Below, in pieces: positions 52,481 to 64,000 of a stretch of 64,000 nt of DNA (position 1 is its first letter; each line of letters starts with the position of its first letter). The position numbers and the translations under genes were made by a program. Location: contig OZ024741.1 in the NCBI GenBank assembly GCA_964016885.1, positions 17,980,001-18,044,000 on the forward strand. Direction: 5' to 3'. The notes below the pieces were generated by a model. The model was not told where the DNA came from. It saw only the letters and a list, made by a program, of their open reading frames with translations, and made no database searches. Source of the stretch: Eledone cirrhosa (lineage: Eukaryota).

Positions 52481-52726
52481 TATATACATATATTTCATAT
52501 ATATATACGCTCGTATATGTGTGTGTGTGTATATATATATATATATGTGTGTGTGTGTATATATGTATGTGTGTATGTATGTATATATGTATGTGTGTGT
52601 ATATATATATATATGTGTGTATATGTGTGTGTATGTATATGTATGTGCGTATGTATATATGTATGTGTGTGTATATATATATATATATGTGTGTGTATTT
52701 TTTGTATGTATATATGTATGTGTGTG

Positions 52727-52829
<103 letters not shown>

Positions 52830-53235
52830 ACTTGTGTGTATGTATGTATATATGTATGTGTGTGTATATATAAGTACCAATATGTATATAATTATATATA
52901 TATATATAGACGTACACACATGCATCATACATACACAGAGATAAAGAGAGAACGAGAAAAAGCAGTGATGATGGATGGGGAGGGGTGGAGGGAGAACGAG
53001 GAAGATGGGTAGTAGGAGTAGGGGGAAGAGGGGTAGTAGGAGTAGGGGGAGGAAGAGGGGTAGTAGGAGTAGGGGGGGGGGGCTATGTATAGAGAAGTGC
53101 TTTGATACATAAAAGCGATATTTCTATAGAGCTGTGTATAGTAAGTTACAGGTCATTGCATACGGTACGTGATTGGTTTATTCTATGAGAGAAATCCATT
53201 TATCACGATGGTGAGCTGAGAGGGGGGGGGGTAGG

Positions 53236-53290
53236 AAACAACAACAACAGCGGCGGCAGCAGTGGCAGCAGTAACAGCAGTAACAGCAGG

Positions 53291-53321
<31 letters not shown>

Positions 53322-53443
53322 ACAACAACAGAAAAAGCAGCAGCAACAACAATAACAGCAACAGCAACAACAGCAACAGCAACAATAGCAACAACAACAG
53401 CAGCAGCAACAACAATAACAGCAACAATAGCAACAACAACAAT
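53236..53443. repeat. (CAA/CAG)n low-complexity tract
   Basis: Direct reading. Confidence 0.9.
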
Positions 53444-53603
53444 CTTGCAGACACAATAACAAAATAAAATAAATATTGTAGTTACTGAAAATAGCAATGG
53501 CGTTTTTAACAGAATTTTAACTGTTTTTCCCGCCACTGGTACAGTAGATATTAACATGGACGACGTAAGGACAGTGGGATAGCTTCCTGAGATTATAGGG
53601 TCT

Positions 53604-54235
53604 GGTGTGGTATGGTGTAGTGTGGTGTGGTGTGGTGTTGTGTAGTGTTGTGTGATGTGATGTAGTGTACTGTGATGTAGTGTACTGTGGTGTGTAGTGT
53701 GATATGGTGTGGTGTAGTGTGGTATAGTGTAGTGTGGTATAGTGTTGTATAGTGTACTGTAGTATAGTGTGGTGTGGTATAGTGTAGTGTGGAAAGGTGT
53801 GGTGTAGTGTAGTGTGGTGTAGTGTGATGTAGTGTGGTATAGTGTTGTATAGTGTACTATAGTGTAGTGTGGTGTGTAGTGTGATGTGGTGTGGTGTAGT
53901 GTGGTGTAGTGTGATGTAGTGTGGTGTAGTGTGATGTAGTGTGGTGTAGTGTGGTGTAGTGTAGTGTGGTGTGGTGTAGTGTAGTGTGGTATGTTGTGGT
54001 GTGGTGTGGTATAGTGTAGTGTGGTGAGGTGTGGTGTAGTGTAGTGTGGTGTAGTGTGATGTAGTGTGGTGTAGTGTAGTGTGGTGTGGTGTAGTGTAGT
54101 GTGGTGTGGTGTGATGTGGTGTAGTGTAGTGTGGTGTAGTGTGGTGTAGTGTAGTGTAGTGTAGTGTACTGTAGTATGGTATAGTGTGGTGTGGTGAAAT
54201 GTGGTGTGGTGTGGTATTGTGTGGTGTTGTGTAGT
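53604..54235. repeat. (GTGTA/GTGTG)n pentanucleotide array
   Basis: Direct reading. Confidence 0.92.
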
Positions 54236-54713
54236 AAAAGCCTGAAATAATTTAATAAGTAAAAATCTTATTCGTGATCAGCTTATATGAAATAACGGAC
54301 GTTTGACAAACCTCGTCCCAAAAATAGAGGCAAAAAATTAAGGAACTGTCATGGCTGAAATGATGAAATGTCTACAGCGTTGTAATGGTGGTGGTGTAGC
54401 TGGTGCTGGTGTAGGTGTGGTGGTGTAGGTAGTTGTGTAGGTTGTGGTGGTGGTGGAGGTGAAGCTGGTGGTGGTGTAGGTGGTGGTGTAGGTGGTGGTG
54501 GTGGTGGCGTAGATGGTGGTGGTGGTGGTGTAGCTGGCGGTGGTGGTGATGGTGTGGGTGGCGGTGGTGTAGATGGCGCTGGTGTCTGTGGTAGTTGTGT
54601 AGTTTTTTCGTGCTGGGGGTGGCGGTGAAGAAAAATCGGTGGCCAGGCCAAAACGTGAAGAGGAAAAGTAGAAAATGAAACGACAAGTATATTTTGCTGC
54701 CGCTGATATGGAC

Positions 54714-54922
<209 letters not shown>

Positions 54923-55130
54923 TGTAATGATAACTTGACGAAAATTGATTAACCTTGTCAGTTGAACAACTATGTAATATATATATATATATAATAGGTA
55001 AATCAGATAATTCGTAGTGTGCCATGGTTTTTACTTATGCATTATATGTAAGGGAAGTGTATACAATCTCTTTATATCTACAGTATAATATATATATATA
55101 CATATATATATATCAATATATGTGTGTGTG

Positions 55131-55168
<38 letters not shown>

Positions 55169-55349
55169 TATGTATATTTCTATATAATGTAGTTGTATAG
55201 ATTTAAACGACAGTGGAATATAAGTGAATAAGAGATGGAAAATGGCCGTCACAGCCGCTGGTTTGAATGAGAACTGACAAATGTGTAAAGACTTTAGAAA
55301 GGCTAATGGACGGCTTTGACGTTCTAACGTCCACATTGTAATACAAAAT

Positions 55350-55382
<33 letters not shown>

Positions 55383-55452
55383 CACATACACATACACATA
55401 AACACACACACACACATATATATATACATAGAGTCAGACAGACAGACATACT

Positions 55453-55598
<146 letters not shown>

Positions 55599-55600
55599 TA

Positions 55601-57670
55601 GTAAACCCTCTGTTAGATTAATTAGTCCATTGAAGTCAGATATAGGAATTATCAGTAAGAAAATTTTAGACGGCGTTATACCCACCATCAGGAGGAAAAT
55701 AAATCTAGAGCTATGGGAGAATACGGAAGAGGTTTTGAAATGGTTCTCAAGCCTTAGCAACCATAAATCCCTTAAATTTATACAATTCGACATCGATGCG
55801 TACTACACCTCAATCTCCCCCATACTCCTTAATAAGGCCCTAATCATGGCCTTGCAGAAAAGTGACCTCACTAGGTCTCAAATTGATGTCATTCTTGCGG
55901 CCCGGAAAACGATAATCACAATTGAGGACGAATTGTGGACCCGCAAGAATACGCCCAATAACTTCGACATCACAATGGGATCTAGTGACTCTGCACAAGT
56001 AACGGACCTGGTAGGATTGTACCTCTTAAAGGAGTTACATGAGACATTACCGCACTTGAAGGGCGGCTTATACCGTGATGACGCCCTCCTCACTCTCGAG
56101 TATAAAAAGTGCAATATAGAAAGAACTAAGAAACAGTTACGTAGGTTCTTTAAAAACTTTAATCTAAGTATTACCATAGATGCAAATGACAAAACAGTAA
56201 ACTTCCTAGACGCCACCCTTGACCTAGAAACTAAAACATTTGCACCCTACCATAAACCTAACGATAGACTAACATATGTAAACGCCAGCTCCAACCACCC
56301 CAAATCAGTCCTAAACGCTATTCCCAAAGGGGTCTCTAATAGAATTAGCAGACTGTCCTGTAATGAAAGTATCTTCAACTCCAATGCAGAGTATTATGAC
56401 AAGGCCCTAGCAGAATCTGGTTACGGGAGTAGATTATCATATATACATAAGGACTCCAAAACCATGAGTGTGAAACCTACCAACATAATCACACATAGTA
56501 TGGCCACAAAGCCTAACCAACTTAGAGGCAAGAATAATAGTAAGAACCCTAATAGCGGTAACCCAGCTAAATGTAACCCACGTAAAGACAATACTAGAGT
56601 CCCTCACCACAACTCTAAAACAGCAAATGATCACGCCATGAATATAAACCATCCGGGCTTAAGCAAAACAGACAACGCCACTAACGTTAATAACGGAACC
56701 CTACAAAATAGTACGCACAGTAGCGAGACTCACCCCACAGATAAGAAAAATAGAAGAAGGAAAAACATGTATTTTAACCCACCTTTTAACTCTGAGGTCC
56801 TCACTAACCTCCCCAGAGTATTCTTCTCATTATTAGAAAAAAACTTCCCACCAGGCAATAGATATCGCAACATAATTAACAAAAATGTGATTAAATTATC
56901 CTATTCGACCACACCTAACCTCGCATCACACCTAGCACGCACGAACATTAGGAAAACTAGGGAAGGTTTCGAAGCAATTAAAATGGCAGTTAACCACCAG
57001 CAACCGACTACACTGGAAAATGGGCAACATAATAGCATCAATGAGCCATCTAATTATATAGAGACACCTAGTGATAATGCTAGTAACCAAAGTTCGGGAG
57101 GTACGCTAACTAATCGAACCCGCAGTTGCAATTGTAGGCGGAGTAGTAATTGTCCCCTAAGGAGGGATTGCCTCATGAAAAACATCGTATATGCATGTGA
57201 CGTAACCACACACAACTCTACCAAAACATATATAGGAGCAACGCCCAATACAATTAAAACTAGATTTAACGCGCATATGTACACATTTAGACACGATAGA
57301 CATAAGAATGCCACCTCACTGGCGGTATACATCTCCTTTTAAAAAAATAATAGTACCCCATACAAACTTTTTGGAGGAAGCTTACTAGATCCACGCCATA
57401 CCGACCGCAGAGCGGGAGTTGTGACCTGTGTTTGCTGGAATGCCATGCCATAATACACTCTAAACTGAACCTGCTTAACAGGAAATCGGAAATTTTCTCC
57501 TCTTGCCAACACAAAATCCTGAGTTCCTTCTTCTATTTTAAACCTAGCACATAGACGTAACATATATTACGCAACCCCCACCTAGACATACCCCTCCTTG
57601 ACTATAGATTCCCCCCTTCCCCAACCCGTAACCCAGATAGATAGGTAGACTAAGGGTGGAACAGTCCCCT
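55601..57670 (+). mobile_element. Penelope-like element 1 (RT plus C-terminal GIY-YIG), 5'-truncated at (TA)n, frameshift near 57340
   Basis: [54 protein letters not shown]; 3' boundary approximate. Confidence 0.9.
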
Positions 57671-58954
57671 ACAAGGTTGGTGTTTTTGTGTGTGTGTGTA
57701 TGTGTGTGTATGTGTGTGTATGTGTGTGTGTGTGTGTGTGTATTCTCCTTTTCTCTCTCACACACACACACACACAAACATATGTCTATGTGTGTGCGTA
57801 CGTGTGTGCATGCATGCATGCATATGTGCGTGCATTGTATACATGTATATTGTATATATATATGTATATTGTATGCATGTGTATTATATTGTGTGTATGT
57901 GTATATGTGATATGTATGTGTATATATGAATGTATGTGTATATGTGTGTATGTGTATATGTGTGTGTATGATGTGTGTATATATGTGTATATGTATGTAT
58001 ATTTTTTCTGAGAAGTCTTCTCTATATGTGGTGTTTGGCATGAATTCCTCCTATAATGCTCTTCTTTGAGAGGAGTACGATATGTAGAGTAACACATATG
58101 TATTGTCGAAGTTGAAACTGAGAACCACCAGCCCTCCTGCTGACCCAAATGTTTACTGAGGACCAGAACACAATTTTCCGCAATATAAGAGAGGAATGCG
58201 TTTGCCGGACTATTGATGACCAAAACATCACATTCCAAGGTAATGGCAAAACACAGTGAATGCTAAACACGACCAGAACACCACAACATGCACATCGGAG
58301 CAACAGAGATATAATATCAATAAGCGAATCAATTTAATTTTTTGAGTTGAAATACATATAAATATGTGTCTGTGTGTATCGGACACACGTACACATAAAG
58401 AAACTGCTGACCTAAATGTACCTGTCATGCCTGTCTGAATTCCTAAGAGAATTTTCAGTCAGTTACTATCTTGACCGATTACCCTCACAATTACTACGTA
58501 GCGGTTCTTGCACGTGACTGCTGGACCCGGATGAAACGAAGACGAAGAATTTCCTTGCCTACCGTTTTGTACCACAGATGCGATCTCACTCTGCCGATTT
58601 TTGTATAATTAATGAGCTCCAAATTGTTGAGCTAATAATTCGCATGGTCGGGCTGCACTTTCTAGCATCTTTCCCAACCATGAGAGCCGTTATTTGATTC
58701 GAATAACACGTGATTTCGCCCACTCTGGCTCGCGTGTCTATTTGCAATCTCTCTAGCTATGAAGGTTAGATGTACAGATTTCAGTCTCGCATTTTGCTAA
58801 CTGATGATCCATGTGGACTGTTATCCTGCACATATAGGTGGTGACACATATAAGTGGTGAAACGAAAAACTAGGTTCGTATCAGCAAAAAATATAGTTAT
58901 AAGGTTTGTGATTTAAAATTCCAATCCAGAGATTTGAATCTGATCTGGTTTTTT

Positions 58955-61153
58955 TCTATGAGTATGGGCGCCAGTGATTCTGCGGAGGTTACTGATCTTA
59001 TCGGCCTTTTCCTTCTTTTCTCTATCAAGGACGAATTCCCCAACGCGGGCGGTGGTTTGTACCGTGAGGATGGTCTTTTGACCATGATTAAGTGCGGACC
59101 TCGTGCTTGCGACAGGTTCAGAAAAGAACTCACAGCCTTCTTTAAAGGCTTCAACCTCTCTATACAGGTTGAGGCCAATCTCTCGGTCGTTAATTACCTC
59201 GACGTTACCCTCAACTTATTGAATGGGTTGTATTACCCGTATAGAAAGCCGAATGATACGCTTAATTACATAAGTAAGCATTCCAACCATCCTGCCAGCA
59301 TAACCAAGAACCTGGTAAGAAACGTTTCGTTGAGGCTTTCCCGTCTTTCCACCAACGAGCGTATTTTCAACGACCATTCCACTTATTACAATGAAGCTCT
59401 TGCTCGAAGTGGATTTGTCGATAAGTTAGCATATACAGAGTACGAAAATAGACCTAGAAGAAATAGATCCCGTCGCATTTGTTGGTATAACCCACCATAT
59501 AATATGGAGGTGGCCACACCATTAGCTAAGATCTTTCTTTCCCTTATAACGAAGCATTTTCCCCCTACACATAAGTATAGTAAAATTTTTAATAGAAATA
59601 CTATTAAAATTTCTTACTCTACGACTCCTAACCTTGCACATAACATCACAGCTTCAAATTTAGCTAAACTACCTGGCCGTAGGAACACGTGCAACCCTGT
59701 AGTTAGTACTAACTGTAATTGTAGGAATCGGGTTGACTGCCCCCTATCCGGGAAATGCCTCTCTAGTAACATTGTCTACAAATGTAAGGTTGTAACACCC
59801 ACGTCCCGTAGGGCCTACATAGGGTTAACCGCCAATAGATTCAAGCAGCGTCTTTACATGCATACCCATTCTTTTCGTTACCCTCTAAGAAGGAATATGA
59901 CGTCACTTTCAGCTTATATCTGGAGTCTAAAAGACAACCACACCTAAGTTACACTGGGAGATCCTAGCTAGGGCTAGATCGTATAACGGAAATAAAAGAC
60001 CATGTGACCTCTGCGCCGTTGAGGCCCTGGAAATACTCTACGCCACAGTCCACATCTTAAACAAAAAATCTGAGGCAATTTCGGCTTGTAAACATAAATT
60101 GCACAAAACTTTCCTGTATTACAGCCCCACGTTATACCCTAACGGATAGTACGATCTATACGTGGATATTTTACGTCTCGATGTGGGAGCCTAGTATATG
60201 TTTTATTTATACCTTTACTTATTTGCATAGGTAAGTATATATTATCCGTATGTTTTGTGAAGGTACGTATACCTTCTCGTACGTATATTTGATTGTTATG
60301 GCGTATAATTTTTTAATATATTCTGGTACATATGGTTCGGCTATGTGTATACGGGAGTTTTGCGTCTGTGTGAGTATGCAGGTTCGTACGTATGTAGGGC
60401 GTGTGTATATGTGTACTTCATGTTTTGGTTGACTTACGTCTCCGAACATTCGTGTATTTACATGTAGGTATGTGTGTGCGCTTGTTATATACGTATTTAT
60501 TTATTTATATACGTTTATATAATTATTTATTTATTTGTATACACGCTTACACACACACACATATTTATATGTGCGTGGTTTTGTATAACCATGGCAAGTG
60601 TTTTCGCGTATGCTTGTGTATGTACGTATTTGTATGCGTGTATGTATTTATTTAATTTCTATTACCTCTGTATTGTATTTTATTTACTTCATACTTAACT
60701 CTGAAGCGGAGATTCATTCGGTTTCCTAGTTAGAATTTTAGTCTACGACTTCAGTTATACCATTTACGTGGTTTTGTCTTTGCGTGTAATTGTTCTCCCC
60801 GCTCCACATAGGACGTATTATCTTCGTTTTTTCCGTTCATTGCCAGAGAACGTCTCTATGAACCACCTAAGAGAATATTAGTCTACGACTTCTTTTATAA
60901 CATAAACCTGGTTCTGTCTTTGCGCGTAATTGTTTTTCACCGCTCCTATTAATGACGTATTATATTCGTTTTTTCCCGTTCTTAGCCAGCGAACGTTTCC
61001 ACAAACCAAAGTATCGTCTTCCTGTCTTCCTCCGGTTGCAACGTTTTTTGAAATATCCAGTTCTGCGTTTACAGATTGACTTTGTTAGTTTCAGAAGATC
61101 CCGTTAAGGGTGAAAGCACCGATTCTTTGCTTAAACTTTAATCTGTTATTTTA

Positions 61154-61160
<7 letters not shown>
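58955..61160 (+). mobile_element. Penelope-like element 2, 5'-truncated, long 3' UTR ending in a hammerhead-like motif
   Basis: MGASDSAE, GLYREDG (YRDD mutated), WYNPP, CNC..CPL, IVY..YIG; stop at 59947; tandem repeat about 60740-61010. Confidence 0.88.
61087..61137 (+). ncRNA. Degenerate type-I hammerhead at the PLE-2 3' end
   Basis: AGTTT-CAGAAGA-TCCC/GTTAA/GGGT-GAAA-GCA..TGC-TT-AAACT. Confidence 0.6.
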
Positions 61161-61169
<9 letters not shown>

Positions 61170-61192
<23 letters not shown>

Positions 61193-61680
61193 TGTATTCC
61201 TGTCTGTTTGTTTGTTCACGAACTCCTCCTATGGTTTTGAAGATAGACCCCCCCCCCATAACCATATATATTCTGAAACTACATTGCCCAGGGTACTTGG
61301 ATAAGTATATTTCATTTTAATCAAAGGGTTCCCCGGGGGCACAAACCCCCGCTGAAAATTTTTTCCCTTCGATTTATATGAAATTTAAACCATAGGTAAA
61401 TGACAAGATATGATGCCTATTCACAAAAGTTTTGAATTGATACTTTAAAAAAAATTATTTACAAGAAACAAAATAAGAATAAGATTTAATAATGTAATTT
61501 TGATTTGATATGTTACAAAAAATAATGTTTTCCAATTTTTCATGCATTACATTTTACATTGAGTAATATTGAAATGCAGAGTTTTTCTCCATAAATTATA
61601 TCACTGATTTAAAATCAATCATCATTTTCTTACAAAATAAAAATGTGTGAAACGCAATAAGGCGCGGGTAATTCGGCTAG
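61170..61680 (+). mobile_element. Non-autonomous Helitron related to 27888-28701
   Basis: Shared body of about 210 bp; ends GGCTAG|T in (TA)n. Confidence 0.72.
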
Positions 61681-61749
<69 letters not shown>

Positions 61750-61786
61750 AATGGCGCGCTGCGTTGTTGCAAATGGGATACATATG

Positions 61787-62169
61787 AATAAAATTCGAAC
61801 AGAAGATAAGGCGTCCGTCATCAGTGATTTTCCAGCGGTCGTTGGTATTTCTTCGCATTAAAGACCTCTGGCTGATGCGAGCAACAACTAAAAAAAAGTT
61901 ATGTAAACAAACAGAGATGGTAATGCAACGGAAAGAAAGGAAGAAGATTGATCGAACTTAAGTTCACAGATATCACGGACTTGCTTATCCTCTTCCTCTC
62001 TTTCCGTTGCATTACCTTCTCTGTTTGTTTACATGACTCGCTCGCTTCACCCTATTCTACGTGTCCCAATAACTTGCCAGAGGTATATGATCTTTAATGC
62101 GAAGAAATACCAACGACCGCTGGAAGATCACTGATGACAGACGCCTTAACTTCTGTTCGAATTTTATTC
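61787..62169. mobile_element. Foldback/MITE-like element with nested inverted repeats
   Basis: Outer arms about 61787-61872 and 62077-62169; inner arms about 61902-61936 and 61999-62033. Confidence 0.75.
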
Positions 62170-62180
62170 GTGTGTGTGTG

Positions 62181-62283
<103 letters not shown>

Positions 62284-62851
62284 GTGTGTTAAGAAGAAGG
62301 ACGCTGAACCTAATCATAAGTTTATTCCTACTACAATAAAATGCTGCGAAATGACAGATGTTGTAAAGACGATATCTTCAAAACATTGATTGTGAGTAAT
62401 TTTTATGCAGCTGTGCCTGTCAACATTCGAACTGTGCCTGTCAACATTGATTGTGCGTGATTTTTATGCAGCTGTGCCTGTCAACATTCGAAAATTTTAA
62501 TATTCCCTGGAAATTACAATATTCCCAGTTCAACAAATGTCGACTTTTCTTTTGTGAAATAGCTTAAATCTGAAATGATTCTCTTTTTAGGAAGAATCTT
62601 TGACACAAATTAACATTCCTTTACATCTGGTATATAAATGTCCTCCCCAGTTGTATCGGGCAGTCCGTTTATTGTTTTGAAAAAGGATACATTGAAAAAC
62701 GCTTTAATTTCAATTTTAATAAGATATGGTCTATTAAGCAAAGGTATTTATGCGGAATATTTTCTAAACCTTTCATTCAATGTTTTAAAAAACTAAAAAT
62801 TATTTGGAAATTGAAAATATAGTCCACACAGTACAGATAACTCTAATAATA

Positions 62852-63035
62852 GTTTCTACTTTTAGCACAAGGCCAGCAATTACCCAGTACATTACTGGTA
62901 CTTTATTTTATCGACCCCGTAAGGATGAAAGGCAAAGTTAACCTTGGCGGGATTTGAACTCAGAATGAAAAGGGCCGTAACTCTATGCGTCAAAGCATGG
63001 TGCCTGACCCTCTACCGATGCAGCCAATCCACCGC
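62852..63035 (-). mobile_element. SINE, same family as 20805
   Basis: Collinear; ATAACWCTAATAATAGTT on both sides. Confidence 0.85.
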
Positions 63036-63723
63036 TAATAACACTAATAATAGTTGATAACTATAAATGATAGATACAATACGCCTGTTTTTACTCATAT
63101 AAATGATAGACCATGTGTGAGAAACTGGCCGGAATACTAGAGCAGAAGGCAAAATGCATTGCGGCAATTATTTTTGCTCCGTGTCTAAGTTTAAATCACA
63201 GGGAGAATAACTTGCCCTTTCAGTCTTTCAAGATCAATAAAATAAACAATCAGACCAGAGCGGTGTGTTGCTAGAATTTTTAGAGCGTCAGATGGGATGT
63301 CTTGCGTCTCTGTCCAGGATTTTTGCCTCATAAGTTCAAAATCCTGCTGTGGCCAAATTAGATGGTAGATTTAATCCGACGTACGGTTTAATAGCCCGTC
63401 ATGGACATAGGGTATTTTTAACGGAGTCCATTCTAGAAAAGAGTACTCAATACCGGTCCATCATATCTTAAATACACTTCAATTAAATCACGTACGCCAC
63501 ATTTATTTTATCTTTCATCTTCATGTTTATATGATTTACTATATAACCGTTGTCTCGTTGGTTCCAAAATCAGTGTTTTGATAATTTACCTGGTATAAGT
63601 AGTATTTAACATTGTAGGTAGCGATTTTAAGACATAATGGATTGCACACTAGACAATGAAACATGTTAATACTTGGAATAAAACTCTATTGTATAGCTTA
63701 TCCGTGTTCATCATCATTCATTC

Positions 63724-63795
<72 letters not shown>

Positions 63796-63802
<7 letters not shown>

Positions 63803-63963
63803 GTGAGGTTTTTTTTACAAAATGAAAAATAACCGAGGTGTCCTACACGAGTGAAAGAGTAAAGAAAAAGAGATGAAATCGAAAATGAATAAATAAATAA
63901 ATAAATATATATATTTTTAAAAAAAATAAGACTTCAGTTGCATTTTCGATTTCATCTCTTTTT

Positions 63964-63968
<5 letters not shown>
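63796..63968. repeat. Inverted plus direct pieces of the 24001-24130 post-hammerhead segment
   Basis: 63796-63887 is the reverse complement of about 24041-24130; 63900-63968 is a forward copy. Confidence 0.75.

Positions 63969-64000
<32 letters not shown>

Noticed and set aside
54349-54710. Pro/Thr-rich frame resembling the Tx1 ORF1 tail
   Set aside because: Similarity is explained by (GGT)n low complexity.
58020-58245. Possible host exon ending CAAG|GTAAT, or old Helitron fragment (EPPALLLTQMFTEDQNTIFRNIRE)
   Set aside because: Short, with stops upstream and only weak resemblance; neither call can be supported.
58801-58870. CTGATGA followed by a small hairpin
   Set aside because: No GAAA after stem II and no stem I, so not a hammerhead.

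Overview
Eukaryotic, AT-rich, microsatellite-dense DNA with no recognisable host gene. The SINE types suggest a coleoid cephalopod, probably Octopus (inference). The window is almost all transposable elements: two families (A, B) of Tx1/L1-clade LINEs in head-to-tail tandems within (TTA)n; three R4/Dong-like RLE LINE families (two with (TAA)n tails, one with (CATA)n tails); a decayed autonomous Helitron and several non-autonomous ones; two Penelope-like elements; several type-I hammerhead ribozyme motifs (two with intact cores); RTE-derived bipartite elements, tRNA-SINEs and foldbacks. Best leads: (1) in both Tx1 families the ORF1 stop lies inside a GTAAGT donor, and removing a 52-53 nt candidate intron would fuse ORF1 in frame to ORF2; (2) these divergent families share a nearly identical ~0.53 kb endonuclease block, suggesting a targeting-domain exchange; (3) unrelated LINE clades occupy the same microsatellites on opposite strands; (4) a mirrored Helitron-end plus hammerhead module. 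All alignments and folds were done by eye, and boundaries inside microsatellites are approximate.
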